Assembly (NCBI GenBank): GCA_021372585.1
Contig: JAJFUD010000019.1
Location: 45,197 to 109,196 of the forward strand
DNA from: a bacterium
Lineage (GTDB): Bacteria; Caldisericota; Caldisericia; UBA6126
Length of the DNA: 64,000 nucleotides
Direction of reading: 5' to 3'
Below, one piece after another: positions 11,143 through 21,341 of this stretch; the first letter of the stretch is position 1; each line of letters opens with the position of its first letter. The notes beneath the pieces are model-generated. The model was not told where the DNA came from and searched no databases. It was given only the letters and a program-made list of their open reading frames with translations. Both the position numbers and the translations under genes were made by a program.

Positions 11143-12958
11143 TAAGAAAAAGAAAACAGAAGTAAAAAAACCTGCACCCATCAAGAACCCCTCTGTTAAA
11201 AAAGCGGTACCTACTCAAAAAAAAGAAGTCAATCAATCGGCTAAACTGACAAAACCAGTGACAGGCAAGCCTACCGTAAAAACGGTTTCATCCAAGAAAA
11301 AACCAGCTGTTTTGGCAGTGAAACCAAATTCCAAATCCCCTGTTAAGCAAGCCAAACCCATAGCCGCTAACTCTGGTGTAAAAATAACGGCACCGAAAAA
11401 GAAATCGACTGCTCCGGCCAATGTGGCGCCGGTTGTCAAAAAGGCCGATAAAAAGGCAGTCTCCTCACCAAAAAAAGCGAAAACAACCGAAAAAAGCGCT
11501 TCTAAAAAGCCGATCGATCCGGTAACCACCACCAACCCAAAAAAGAAACCAGCTTCCACTCAGAAAACAGACCCAGCGAAAAAAGGGAAAAACACTATCT
11601 CACCGGCCACTAAAACCTCTAAAGGCGTCCTTAAGGGGAAACCGGCAGTTCACACTACCCAGAAAATTCACTCTAAGAAGAAGACGACGGTCAAAACAGG
11701 GAAAGGCGTAAAAGAATCCCTTATTGAATTCGAAATCGAGTCAATAGAAGAAAAAATCGAGATAGAAAAAGATCTTGAGAATATAAATGCAGAGGAGATC
11801 ATTCTTGACCTGGAGCACGTCGATCTATTTGAAGAAAATACAGCGGAATTAGAGGAGAAGCTTCCCAAAAAAGTCGATCATAAAAAAATGGTAGACCGTT
11901 TAAAAGCACTTCCGGAGTTTAACTATTTAATCAAAACGCATGAAGACGGGGATGCCATCTCATATGATGAAATCATGGATCTGATGGAAGACGTCAATTT
12001 GACCCCGGAAGAGATGGACCTGATGTATTCGATGTTGGAAGACCATGGTATAGACTATGGAGACAGAGATACCGTTGATAAGAGCGAAACAAAAGAAGCA
12101 GAAGACTCAGATGAATTTATTTTGGAAGAGGAGGAAGTTGACTTAAAGGATCCGATTAAAATGTACCTGAAGGAAATCGGGAAGATACCCCTTCTCTCAT
12201 TTGAGGAGGAAATCGCCCTGGCAAAACGGATCGAAGTCAATGAGATCGAAGCGAAGCAAAAACTCATCGAGTCCAATTTACGCCTTGTCGTCAGTATTGC
12301 TAAAAAATATACGGGGCATTCCCTCTCTTTTCTGGATTTAGTCCAGGAAGGCAATGTCGGTTTGATTCGGGCAGTTGAAAAATATGATTATCGAAGGGGA
12401 TTCCGATTTTCAACCTACGCTTCCTGGTGGATCCGGCAGGCCGTCACCAGAGCACTGGCAGACCAATCCAGAGTAATACGTGTTCCGGTACACATGGTCG
12501 AATCGATCAATAAGATTCAACGTGCAGAAAGACAGCTTTACCAGATTCTTGGCAGGGAACCTTCCCACGATGAAATATCCAAACGTTTGGAAATGCCGGT
12601 AAAAAAAGTTCGGGAATACTTGAAGGTTTCCCAGGAACCGATCTCTCTGGAAACCCCATTGGGTTCTGATAAAGATAACCGTCTGGGTGATTTTGTGGAA
12701 GATAAACGGGTGTCCTCACCGGAGGAAAAAGTGATCGATGACCATTTTAATTTACAGCTGTATGAGGTCTTAAATCAACTCACTTCCCGTGAGAGAGAGA
12801 TCCTGATACTGCGTTTTGGTTTGTTTAATATTCGACCGCACACCCTTGAAGATGTCGGAAAAATCTATAACGTAACCCGAGAGAGAATCCGACAGATTGA
12901 GGCGAAAGCAATCAAAAAATTGCAACTGGATATGAAAGCGAAATTGGAAGAGAGCTAG
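11135..12958 (+). CDS. sigA: RNA polymerase primary sigma factor (sigma-70/SigA) with an approximately 250-aa K/P/A/T-rich N-terminal extension. The start codon is uncertain: TTG at 11135 begins the open frame, and the first ATG lies near 11888.
   Basis: Regions 1.2-4 are canonical: [63 protein letters not shown] and [27 protein letters not shown]. The gene directly follows dnaG, as in the conserved dnaG-sigA operon. Confidence 0.85.
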   Translation: MSDKKKKTEVKKPAPIKNPSVKKAVPTQKKEVNQSAKLTKPVTGKPTVKTVSSKKKPAVLAVKPNSKSPVKQAKPIAANSGVKITAPKKKSTAPANVAPVVKKADKKAVSSPKKAKTTEKSASKKPIDPVTTTNPKKKPASTQKTDPAKKGKNTISPATKTSKGVLKGKPAVHTTQKIHSKKKTTVKTGKGVKESLIEFEIESIEEKIEIEKDLENINAEEIILDLEHVDLFEENTAELEEKLPKKVDHKKMVDRLKALPEFNYLIKTHEDGDAISYDEIMDLMEDVNLTPEEMDLMYSMLEDHGIDYGDRDTVDKSETKEAEDSDEFILEEEEVDLKDPIKMYLKEIGKIPLLSFEEEIALAKRIEVNEIEAKQKLIESNLRLVVSIAKKYTGHSLSFLDLVQEGNVGLIRAVEKYDYRRGFRFSTYASWWIRQAVTRALADQSRVIRVPVHMVESINKIQRAERQLYQILGREPSHDEISKRLEMPVKKVREYLKVSQEPISLETPLGSDKDNRLGDFVEDKRVSSPEEKVIDDHFNLQLYEVLNQLTSREREILILRFGLFNIRPHTLEDVGKIYNVTRERIRQIEAKAIKKLQLDMKAKLEES

Positions 12959-12973
12959 AAGACTAAAATCAGA

Positions 12974-13813
12974 CTAAAATCTTCCGGCGCTTCCTTCCCT
13001 GAGCAGTAATAATACTTTTGCCGCTGTTGCCTTGATATCTTCTGAATCGTTACGTTCCCAGTTTTGCATAATGATACAAGCTCTGTCCAGAAGGTTTGGA
13101 TCTTGCCGTTTTGCCAGGTCTTTAAAGGTGGTGAGCACGGTCAGAACAGCATTGTGCGATGTGTCCTTCGCTAGCCATTCTCTCATTTTTGCTTCCACCA
13201 CGTAAGGTTCTTTAATGAACCGTTCTTTGAGTTTGTTGGAAACCTGGTTGCGAACAAACGGATCGGAATCGGTGATCAACTGACCTATAAAATCAATCAT
13301 CAAGTTATTCTCATCTTCAAATTCTGTATCTAACGCCATGATCGCTACTTTTTTAGAAGACAGATTCCCGTGAAGATCCCATAGCTGGGTCATGTGAGCG
13401 AGGAGAGACTCCTCTTTTCCGGACCAAGCTCCTTTGAGAGCCTGGGCTGTGATCTCGATCAAGTCTTTTTGGGCGGTGATAATTTTTTCCAGTTTCGTGA
13501 AAGCATACGAAGGATGAAGCAGGGAAATCTGGATTAATATTGTCACCGCGATGTATTTCTGATTTTTGATGAAGGACCGGATAAAGATGTCAATGAGTTT
13601 GTCCTCTTCATCAGGATACGTTTCGTATAACATCGCAAAGGCTTCGATGGCGAGAATTTGATCCTGCAATTGCGGTTCGTTCAGGCATTTGGCGATATTG
13701 GGAAAAGCTCTTTTCTTGGCAAATACGGCTAAATCCAAGGACATGAGTTTTTGAAACTCAAGTAATTTCTTCTGGTTCAATTCATTGTTTTTGTTTATTT
13801 TATCGTTTGTCAT
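12974..13813 (-). CDS. HEAT-like repeat protein, possibly DNA alkylation repair (AlkC/AlkD-like) family
   Basis: Alpha-helical repeat composition. The segments LWDLHGNLSSKKVAIMALD and PFVRNQVSNKLKERF...EWLAKD resemble the DNA_alkylation HEAT repeat family. The similarity is judged by eye only. Confidence 0.35.
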   Translation of the reverse strand: MTNDKINKNNELNQKKLLEFQKLMSLDLAVFAKKRAFPNIAKCLNEPQLQDQILAIEAFAMLYETYPDEEDKLIDIFIRSFIKNQKYIAVTILIQISLLHPSYAFTKLEKIITAQKDLIEITAQALKGAWSGKEESLLAHMTQLWDLHGNLSSKKVAIMALDTEFEDENNLMIDFIGQLITDSDPFVRNQVSNKLKERFIKEPYVVEAKMREWLAKDTSHNAVLTVLTTFKDLAKRQDPNLLDRACIIMQNWERNDSEDIKATAAKVLLLLREGSAGRF

Positions 13814-13880
13814 AACATACTATACTATAAGTTTTTTCCTGAATTTATCAACTGCCCGCCTTGATGGATCAGGAACAGTT

Positions 13881-14660
13881 TCAGCTTTTTTCTTCTTGTA
13901 TCCGATCAGGCTGAGTGTAGATATTGAACCTCTCCCCCCTGGCAAAACCAATCAGGGTCAAGTCAATCCGATTCGCTATCTGGATAGCTGCATCAGTAGC
14001 GGCGGATTTTGAGATTAACAGGGGAATAGGCAGGGGGACAATCTTTTGTACCATATCGGAAGAGATTCTGCCGCTTGTCATGATAAAAGATTTTTCAAAC
14101 GGAATCCCATGCTGTAAACCAAATCCAATGGCTTTATCCAGTGCATTATGACGACCGATGTCTTCTTCTAATATCCACTCACGGTTCGGGGAGACCAAAG
14201 CGACACTATGCACCCCGCCGGTTGATTGAAACAGGGTAGAAGCTTTTTGAAACTGCTTCATACTATCGATCACCACAGAGGGGGTAATATAAAAATCCCC
14301 TTTCATTCTCGGAGAAGGGATTAAAGGCGTGGATGACTGCATTTTATGTCCGCAACCGGAACTTAAAAAAGAGTCGCGGTTCTTATTCTGGAACCTGCTT
14401 TTGGGTATATACACCAGCGCCTGTGCATCGGGTTCTCTGACTTCCAGGCTTAACAAATCGCCCATGGAGGTGATCCAGCCTTCACAGAACAAATAGCCGA
14501 TGACCAGGTATTCGATATGCATCCACGAGCAAATAAAGGAGCCAACGATGGTATCATTGATCAACAGGGTGAGCAGGGTCTCACTGATAATGTCATCCAG
14601 CACAATAGAGACCGTTCCCCGGTTGTATTGCACTATTTCGATCTGGTTGGTTTGCGGCAA
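13881..14660 (-). CDS. fdhD: Formate dehydrogenase accessory sulfurtransferase FdhD
   Basis: The conserved GCGxC-type loop (SSGCGHK), EDIGRHNALDKAIGFG and TSGRISSDMVQKI are hallmarks of the FdhD family. Confidence 0.8.
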   Translation of the reverse strand: MPQTNQIEIVQYNRGTVSIVLDDIISETLLTLLINDTIVGSFICSWMHIEYLVIGYLFCEGWITSMGDLLSLEVREPDAQALVYIPKSRFQNKNRDSFLSSGCGHKMQSSTPLIPSPRMKGDFYITPSVVIDSMKQFQKASTLFQSTGGVHSVALVSPNREWILEEDIGRHNALDKAIGFGLQHGIPFEKSFIMTSGRISSDMVQKIVPLPIPLLISKSAATDAAIQIANRIDLTLIGFARGERFNIYTQPDRIQEEKS

Positions 14661-14688
14661 GCCTATTCCTTATTATCGGTAGAATGAA

Positions 14689-14763
14689 TGGTGGGCGATA
14701 GTGGAATCGAACCACTGACCTCTTCGGTGTCAACGAAGCGTTCTACCTCTGAACTAACCGCCC
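14689..14763 (-). tRNA. tRNA-Val (anticodon GAC), CCA encoded
   Basis: The reverse complement reads GGGCGGUUAGUUCAGAGGUAGAACGCUUCGUUGACACCGAAGAGGUCAGUGGUUCGAUUCCACUAUCGCCCACCA. The anticodon loop is UUGACAC and the T-loop is UUCGAUU. Confidence 0.8.
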
Positions 14764-14917
14764 ACGATAGATCAAATAAGTATAGTATCAAAAAAAGAGA
14801 AACTTTCAATCATTTCTTGAAATCACACCCTGACAAGGTAATTCCTATAGAAAAATGTACAAAATAATGCTATGATTATACTGCTTTTTGTATTGAATTA
14901 GATGGGGAGGTTTTACG

Positions 14918-15451
14918 ATGAAGAATAAAGTTTTGATATGGATGGGGATTTTTTTTCTTGTCAGCCTGTTCATGGCTTGCCCTATTTTGGCTGAGCCTGC
15001 GAACACAGAAAATACGCCAAACATCCCTATACAAGTCACTGCTCCTTCCGCAACCGGAACCAATGCTCCTTCCACTCTTCCTCAGGACATGAAACAGATC
15101 ACTCCTCCTACTTCCGCCAACACTTCTGTCAACCCGAATACTATACCTCAGCCTGTTGTCCCGGCTCCTCAGGTAACGATACCCGGCAGTACGGTTACGA
15201 CTCCTTCCGGAACAGCTCCCGCTACACCGCCAAACACGGGCTTTCCCGCGACTAATGCTTCACCTGCAGAGCCTGTTTTGAATAATTACACCAAGTTATG
15301 GTATTTATCTCCCTGGTTTATCTCTTTAATCGTGATAATACTGATCATCGTTCTTTTAGTGGTTTACTCTCTGTTTGAAGGTAAGATCCCAAAAGAAGAA
15401 AAAGAACCGGAAACCGTTGCAAACGGAAAAAAGAAAAAAGCAAAAAAATGA
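14918..15451 (+). CDS. Secreted Pro/Thr-rich low-complexity protein with a C-terminal transmembrane anchor and a basic tail
   Basis: It has a signal peptide and about 100 aa of P/T/A/N-rich low complexity. This is followed by a hydrophobic segment WFISLIVIILIIVLLVV and a KKKKAKK tail. No LPXTG motif is present. Confidence 0.5.
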   Translation: MKNKVLIWMGIFFLVSLFMACPILAEPANTENTPNIPIQVTAPSATGTNAPSTLPQDMKQITPPTSANTSVNPNTIPQPVVPAPQVTIPGSTVTTPSGTAPATPPNTGFPATNASPAEPVLNNYTKLWYLSPWFISLIVIILIIVLLVVYSLFEGKIPKEEKEPETVANGKKKKAKK

Positions 15452-16212
15452 AGAAGAATTTAAGCTGGTTCCTGGTTATTCTTTTTCTATTCACTCTGAA
15501 CAGCTGTAAACCAGCCACTCCTGTGCAGGACTGGGTCCCTTTGCAGACAGAGCTCCTACACAACGGCTCTGTTGCGATGTATTCGATTAAAAACAAACTG
15601 GGCGACGTGGAAGTCTATTACACAAACCACATTTTACGCGAAGCTGACAATTGTGTCATCGTACAGGAATATACCGGAAAGACGGAAGAATATACAAAAC
15701 GACTGCGTTTGGATGGCGCTTCCTTGAACTTGATTTCGTATGACGTCATCCAAAATAATAAAGAAGCAGACCTGACCAGCACGACGGTTAACTCGTTGCA
15801 ATTCACCATGTTATCCGGCAAGAAAACCCACCAGACGTACCTGATTTCTGATTTTCTGGATGAGAAACCGAAACATACCCGGCTGTTCATCGGGGAATTT
15901 TTTATCGAAAATGATTTTTTCTTGACGCTCTTAACTGCCTTTCCGTTTGAAACAACCAAGCAGGCGACCTATAAGGTAGTCCGAACCATGAGCGTGATGG
16001 ATCCAGAGGAGAAAACCAACTGGGAAACCAAAGCATTTTATATCGCCGGTGAGGAGGAAATACTCTACAAAAGAAAACCTGTTCCTACTTATAGGGTCAG
16101 TTTTCCGGCCGAGAAAGCCACCGCCTGGTTTAGTCAGGAAGCTCCACACATGCTGATCAGAGCAGAGTTTCCTACGAATACAATCGAGCTAATCGATTGG
16201 AATGAATTATAA
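15448..16212 (+). CDS. Hypothetical lipoprotein
   Basis: The signal peptide has a lipobox-like LNSC. The gene is translationally coupled, with its start overlapping the upstream stop. No recognised catalytic motifs. Confidence 0.45.
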   Translation: MKKNLSWFLVILFLFTLNSCKPATPVQDWVPLQTELLHNGSVAMYSIKNKLGDVEVYYTNHILREADNCVIVQEYTGKTEEYTKRLRLDGASLNLISYDVIQNNKEADLTSTTVNSLQFTMLSGKKTHQTYLISDFLDEKPKHTRLFIGEFFIENDFFLTLLTAFPFETTKQATYKVVRTMSVMDPEEKTNWETKAFYIAGEEEILYKRKPVPTYRVSFPAEKATAWFSQEAPHMLIRAEFPTNTIELIDWNEL

Positions 16213-16230
16213 GCAAAACTTATTTAGCAC

Positions 16231-16848
16231 TTATTTAGCTTTAGCAGGAGCTGTCGGTGTAGCCGATACTTCTTTCGCCGCTTCCGATACTGTTTCGACC
16301 TTTTCCGGAGCTATTTCAATATGAGGCTCCTGAATGCTGACAATCGGTAATTCCATATTCACAGAACTGGTCACGTCTGAAGAGAAAGAAAGATCCCTCA
16401 GGCTCAAATGCTGACCGATTTCGAGCGATTGGATATCTAAGTTGATAAAAGCGGGTAAGTTCTCCGGTTTACCGGTGAGGGTGAGTTCATGAATATGATG
16501 AACCAGGATACCGCTGTTTTTGACACCAACCGACTGACCTTGCAGATGAATCGGGATGGTGATCGTAATGGGTTTCTGTAGATCTATTGCAAAAAAGTCA
16601 ACATGGGTAGGCTCCAAGGACAGAATATTTTTCTGTACCTCCTGGATGAGAGTGGGGTAGCTCTGACCATTTTCCAATTGACAATTTACGATGATATTTC
16701 TTGTATTGGTTTTGACCAATTTTACAAAATCTCGTTTATTAATAGCGCAAGAAATGCTCTCTTTTATTTGGTGTCCGTAGATAACAGCAGGAATTAAATA
16801 AGGATCCTGCGGATTTCTGTTTTTAATAGCAAATTCAAATATCTTCAT
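16231..16848 (-). CDS. ctc: 50S ribosomal protein L25 / general stress protein Ctc
   Basis: The L25 N-terminal barrel (RNPQDPYLIPAVIYGHQIKESI...) plus the long Ctc-type C-terminal extension. It lies immediately downstream of prs, as in Bacillus. Confidence 0.8.
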   Translation of the reverse strand: MKIFEFAIKNRNPQDPYLIPAVIYGHQIKESISCAINKRDFVKLVKTNTRNIIVNCQLENGQSYPTLIQEVQKNILSLEPTHVDFFAIDLQKPITITIPIHLQGQSVGVKNSGILVHHIHELTLTGKPENLPAFINLDIQSLEIGQHLSLRDLSFSSDVTSSVNMELPIVSIQEPHIEIAPEKVETVSEAAKEVSATPTAPAKAK

Positions 16849-16891
16849 TTACACGACTCCTTTTTACTCTATCATCAAGGTTAAGATTTTA

Positions 16892-17899
16892 TTAGTTGTT
16901 GACCTCATTGTCAAATACAAACAAAGAAACGCCGTTTACATCTGCTTCTTCAAATACTTCGGAAACGGAGGCGTTGTTATGGATTCTGTTGATCACTTCT
17001 CCTATCAAGGGTGCGACGGTCACTATTTTTATTTTGGGGCAGGCTGCCAGTTTCAGGGGATCGATCTGGATACTATCCGTTACCAGCACTTTGTCAATAG
17101 CCGAATGATTCAATTTGTCAATCGCGGAACCAACCAGCATCCCGTGGGTGGCACAAGCGTAAATTTCTTTGGATCCCTGATTTTTAATTTCGTGGGAGGC
17201 TAATTGAAGGGTACTGGCGGTAGAAATGATGTCATCAATGATGATGGCTATTTTATCTTTTACCTCTCCGATTAATTTGATATCGTCTACTTTATCCTTG
17301 CTCATTCTGCTTTTTGAACAAATCGCCAGGTGAGAACCGGGTAAAAGGTTGCTTAGATTCTTCGCGCGGTTGACACCTCCAACGTCCGGCGAGACGATGA
17401 CGAGATCCTCGGCAGGAATCTGTTTAAAGGCTTGTGCAAATAAAAGAACAGCGGTCAGGTTATCGGAAGGTATATCAAAAAATCCCTGAATTTGACCGGC
17501 ATGCAAATCTATGCTAATCACTCTGTTAGCCCCGGCTGTTTCAATCAGGTTGGCGATTAATCTGGCCGTGATAGGCTCTCTTCCCTGTGTTTTCCGATCC
17601 TGCCTGGCATAACCAAAATAGGGGATGATCACAGTAATTTTTTCTGCAGAAGCCCGTTTTAAGGCGTCAATCATAATCAGCAGCTCAAAAAGATTATCGG
17701 AGGGAGGGTTGGTCGATTGCATGATATAAATTTCCTGGCCCCTGACGCTCACCTCAGATTTCAGATGGATTTCACCATCCTGAAAGCGTTCAAAAGTCAT
17801 ACCGGCGATCGGCACTCCCAAGTATTTACTGACTTTGAGTGCCAGGTTCATGTTCGAATTGCCGGAAAAAAATAACAGAGCCGGAGGTGAATTTCTCAT
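16892..17899 (-). CDS. prs: Ribose-phosphate pyrophosphokinase
   Basis: LLFFSGNSNMNLALKVSKYLG, VIIPYFGYARQDRK and DLHAGQIQGFFDIP. The start ATG at 17899 overlaps the glmU stop. Confidence 0.9.
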   Translation of the reverse strand: MRNSPPALLFFSGNSNMNLALKVSKYLGVPIAGMTFERFQDGEIHLKSEVSVRGQEIYIMQSTNPPSDNLFELLIMIDALKRASAEKITVIIPYFGYARQDRKTQGREPITARLIANLIETAGANRVISIDLHAGQIQGFFDIPSDNLTAVLLFAQAFKQIPAEDLVIVSPDVGGVNRAKNLSNLLPGSHLAICSKSRMSKDKVDDIKLIGEVKDKIAIIIDDIISTASTLQLASHEIKNQGSKEIYACATHGMLVGSAIDKLNHSAIDKVLVTDSIQIDPLKLAACPKIKIVTVAPLIGEVINRIHNNASVSEVFEEADVNGVSLFVFDNEVNN

Positions 17900-19272
17900 T
17901 TTTGGGAGGTATCCTTCTCTCTGAGTGGAGACTTTTGAAGGCTCCATTCTGGTTTGTTGATCTGCCTGGCTCTCCCCAGAGCAAGAGCGTAAGCGGGAAC
18001 ATCTTCTGTTAACGTGGATCCGGCGGCCACATAGGCGTGATCATGGATCGTCAGAGGAGCCACCATGATCGTGTCGGATCCGATGAATACATCGTCTTCA
18101 ATGCGGGTGAGGTGCTTTTTCTTACCGTCATAATTGCAGGTAATCGTACCCGCTCCAATATTCACCCGGTTCCCGATCAGGGCATCTCCCAGGTAAGAGA
18201 GATGCATCGCTTTACTTTTGGATTTGATTTTCGTCATTTTCAGTTCCACAAAAGTACCGATATGAACGTCTTCTTCTAATTCTGTGCCCCCTCGAAGGGA
18301 GGAAAAAGGACCCACCATCGCTGAATCCTGAATCTGGATTGGCTTATTTCCTCTCATGCAGACGAAGGGACCGATCTGGCATCTCTCTCCGATTGAAATC
18401 TGTCCTTCCAGATACGTGAACGGTTTAATGATAGTATCTTTACCGATATGGACGGTAGATTCGATATACGTATTGGCCGGATCAAGAATCACCACACCTT
18501 GTTCACTCATCAGCTGTTCCAGGTACCGGCGGTTCGCCATCTGTAAAGCTCTGGCAAAATCGATTTTGGTATTGATTCCTAAGATTTCTTCTTCCCCGTT
18601 AATCCGATAGGTATGAACCAGATGCCCTTTTTGCCGGAGATAAGACAGGGTATCGGTGAAATAGTACTCTTTCGCCTGGTTATCGGTGGACAAGTTTTGT
18701 AACGCTTCCCGGAGCAGCCCGGTGTGAAAAAAATAAACACCGCTGTTGATTTCATGAATATCTCGTTGAGCATCTGTGGCATCTTTGTACTCTACGATCG
18801 AGTGAAATTGTTGATCCGGTCCCCTGATGATTCTCCCGTAATGTCCGGGATGATCAATGTTCGTGGTTAAGACTCCGGCTGAAGCTCTGCTGGAAAGGCA
18901 GGTTTGGATGAAATCGTGAAGCGTTTGGCTGGTCAGCAACGGTGTGTCTCCGCATAGAATCAAACAATCGGTTTGTAAATCGGTGATGGCGGTTAAGCCT
19001 GCTTTCACCGCATCCCCGGTACCTAATGGTGCTTGTTGGACCACTACTTTGGCTCTATCCTGATAAAGGGCTTCCAGTGCAGCGAAATCCCCCGGAGAGA
19101 CTACCAGTACCGGCTGTTCTATCCCCGCTCTCGAGACAGCTTCTAAAATATGTTCGATCATGGGTTTACCGAAAAACGGCATCCGGATTTTCGTTTGGTA
19201 GGATTTCATGCGTTTGCTCAATCCGGCAGCCAAAATAATACATCTAATCACGCTATTCTGTATTTTTTCCAT
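17896..19272 (-). CDS. glmU: Bifunctional UDP-N-acetylglucosamine pyrophosphorylase / glucosamine-1-phosphate N-acetyltransferase
   Basis: The N-terminal nucleotidyltransferase LAAGLSKRMKS and C-terminal left-handed beta-helix hexapeptide repeats. The product is 458 aa. Confidence 0.9.
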   Translation of the reverse strand: MEKIQNSVIRCIILAAGLSKRMKSYQTKIRMPFFGKPMIEHILEAVSRAGIEQPVLVVSPGDFAALEALYQDRAKVVVQQAPLGTGDAVKAGLTAITDLQTDCLILCGDTPLLTSQTLHDFIQTCLSSRASAGVLTTNIDHPGHYGRIIRGPDQQFHSIVEYKDATDAQRDIHEINSGVYFFHTGLLREALQNLSTDNQAKEYYFTDTLSYLRQKGHLVHTYRINGEEEILGINTKIDFARALQMANRRYLEQLMSEQGVVILDPANTYIESTVHIGKDTIIKPFTYLEGQISIGERCQIGPFVCMRGNKPIQIQDSAMVGPFSSLRGGTELEEDVHIGTFVELKMTKIKSKSKAMHLSYLGDALIGNRVNIGAGTITCNYDGKKKHLTRIEDDVFIGSDTIMVAPLTIHDHAYVAAGSTLTEDVPAYALALGRARQINKPEWSLQKSPLREKDTSQK

Positions 19273-19295
19273 GTATCCTCATCTAAGATATTTTT

Positions 19296-19367
19296 CTGGG
19301 GCGGAAGGATTCGAACCTTCAAATGACGGCTCCAAAGGCCGTTGCCTTGCCATTTGGCTACGCCCCA
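19296..19367 (-). tRNA. tRNA-Gln (anticodon UUG), CCA not encoded
   Basis: The reverse complement reads UGGGGCGUAGCCAAAUGGCAAGGCAACGGCCUUUGGAGCCGUCAUUUGAAGGUUCGAAUCCUUCCGCCCCAG. U1:A72 and the G73 discriminator are typical of tRNA-Gln, and the anticodon loop is CUUUGGA. Confidence 0.75.
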
Positions 19368-19407
19368 ATGACGATACTGATTATATTCAATAAGTTGCTG
19401 GATTCAA

Positions 19408-21207
19408 TCAGTTTTTAAGAATCGACATGAATGCTTCTTGTGGAATCTCCACATTCCCGATGGCTTTCATTCTTTTCTTCCCCTCTTTCTGCTTTTCGAG
19501 AAGTTTTCTTTTTCGGGTAATATCCCCGCCATAACATTTTGCCAATACATCTTTCCGAAGCTGTACAATGTTCTCGCGGGCGATAATTTTTCCTCCGATG
19601 GAAGCTTGAAGGGCAATATTGAACATCTGCCGGGGAATCAGCTTTCGCAGTTTCTCCAGGATCATTCTTCCCTTATAGCCGGCATTTTCCTCAATAGACA
19701 TAAAGGAGAGAGCGTCTACCGGAGTGCCATTCACCAGAATATTGACAAGAACAATTTTTTCCGGCTTGTATCCTGAAAATTCATAATCCAGGGAAGCATA
19801 CCCTTTCGTGACCGATTTCAGTTGGTCATAGAAATCGATAATAATCTCTGATAGGGGAAAATCATAATGAAGCGTTGCCCTGACCTCGGAAAGGTATTCC
19901 ATATTCTTGTATTGACCGCGTTTCAGCTTGGATAATTCCATGACCGGTCCGATAAATTCCGTGGGGGTGATGATGGAGGCAGTGACGATAGGCTCTTCAA
20001 TCATCTTAATTTTGCTTCTGTCTGGAAATTTAGAGGGGTTCTCAATAAACAACACCTCGTTGTTATATTGCGTCACTCGGTAAATGACGCTGGGAGAGGT
20101 GGTGATCAGCTCCTGTTCATATTCTCTGCGCAACCGTTCCCCGACAATTTCCAAGTGCAGTAACCCAAGAAAACCACATCGAAATCCGTAACCTAAAGCC
20201 GCTGACGTCTCCGGTTCAAAGATAAACGAAGCATCGTTTAATTTCAGTTTTTCCAGAGAGTCTTTGAGTTTATCATAATCATTCGGATTGATCGGATATA
20301 ACCCGCTGAAAACCATGGGCATGATTTTTCGATAACCCGGTAATGCCATTGGGGTTGGATTCTTTGACTCGGTGACGGTGTCCCCCACCGTGACAATGTG
20401 GGGTTCGCGGATCAGGGCGGAAAAATATCCGACCTCCCCTACGCCCAATTCCTCCACAGGCTGCATATTCATCTTAAAAATGCCAACCTCTTCCACCTCA
20501 AAGGTTTCGTGGTTGGACATCAACATGATCTTCATCCCCTTGCGAATAGATCCGTCAAATACCCTGATATGAGCAACGACGCCGATATACATATCAAAAT
20601 GGGAATCAAATATCAACGCTTTTAATGGTTTTGTCTCCTCTCCGGAAGGGGGAGGGATCAAATCCTTTACCGCCTGGATAATTTCCGGAACACCTCTTCC
20701 GTCCTTGGCGGATGCCTGAATGATCTCCTCCCTGGACACTCCAAGGAGTTCCGTGATCTCCTGGTAAGCTTCCTCAATATTGACATTTTTCAGGTCAATC
20801 TTATTCAGTACCGGGATGATGACCAGATTATTCTCCATTGCCAGGTAGGTATTCGCGACTGTCTGCGCTTCCACACCCTGGCTGACATCAATTAAAAGAA
20901 TCGCGCCTTCACAGGCTGCCAAACTTCTGGAAACCTCGTAACTGAAATCCACATGGCCGGGTGTGTCCATAATCTGAAAAATGTATGTCTCTCCCTGTAT
21001 TTCGTATTGTAAGCGGATGGGATGGGATTTAATCGTAATACCCCTCTCCTTTTCAAGATCCATGGAATCCAATAATTGGGTTTCTTTCGAGGTTTCGTTG
21101 ATTTTAAAGAATAAGTCGCTCGCTTGAATAAATCTGTCAGATAGGGTGGTTTTTCCGTGATCAATATGCGCAATAATGCAAAAATTCCGAATATTCTCTT
21201 TTTTCAT
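19408..21207 (-). CDS. lepA: Elongation factor 4 (LepA)
   Basis: IRNFCIIAHIDHGKTTLSDRF is the G1 motif and DTPGHVDFSYEVSRSLAACEGAILLID the G3 region. The C-terminal LepA domain is present. The start MKKENIRNF at 21207 is preferred. Confidence 0.9.
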   Translation of the reverse strand: MKKENIRNFCIIAHIDHGKTTLSDRFIQASDLFFKINETSKETQLLDSMDLEKERGITIKSHPIRLQYEIQGETYIFQIMDTPGHVDFSYEVSRSLAACEGAILLIDVSQGVEAQTVANTYLAMENNLVIIPVLNKIDLKNVNIEEAYQEITELLGVSREEIIQASAKDGRGVPEIIQAVKDLIPPPSGEETKPLKALIFDSHFDMYIGVVAHIRVFDGSIRKGMKIMLMSNHETFEVEEVGIFKMNMQPVEELGVGEVGYFSALIREPHIVTVGDTVTESKNPTPMALPGYRKIMPMVFSGLYPINPNDYDKLKDSLEKLKLNDASFIFEPETSAALGYGFRCGFLGLLHLEIVGERLRREYEQELITTSPSVIYRVTQYNNEVLFIENPSKFPDRSKIKMIEEPIVTASIITPTEFIGPVMELSKLKRGQYKNMEYLSEVRATLHYDFPLSEIIIDFYDQLKSVTKGYASLDYEFSGYKPEKIVLVNILVNGTPVDALSFMSIEENAGYKGRMILEKLRKLIPRQMFNIALQASIGGKIIARENIVQLRKDVLAKCYGGDITRKRKLLEKQKEGKKRMKAIGNVEIPQEAFMSILKN

Positions 21208-21341
21208 AAGAGTAGTATAACAAAAAAACCCGCCGATAATATCTGATAGGTTACCGTTATCCACGCTATTGTAGTATACTGTACCTATTACAGGAAAAGG
21301 CAGAGGAATATGCCAAATAGTATGGTAGTGAAAAGCAGGGT

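Noticed and set aside
11233-11559. Minus-strand 108-aa ORF and the idea of a separate small histone gene inside the KP-rich tract
   Set aside because: The ORF is antisense to a low-complexity coding region (a poly-Phe/Gly shadow). The KP-rich tract has no stop separating it from sigA, so it is reported as an in-frame extension rather than a separate gene.
12974-14660. FdhD plus HEAT-repeat gene as a formate dehydrogenase locus
   Set aside because: No formate dehydrogenase catalytic or electron-transfer subunits are present in the window. FdhD is frequently encoded alone, so the pair is reported only as ordinary genes.
21208-21341. Possible purine riboswitch upstream of purE
   Set aside because: The 134-nt divergent lepA/purE intergenic region lacks the conserved purine-riboswitch junction motifs I looked for (UAUA...CCGUAAAU...GACUAUG pattern). 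Only promoter-like AT-rich sequence is present.
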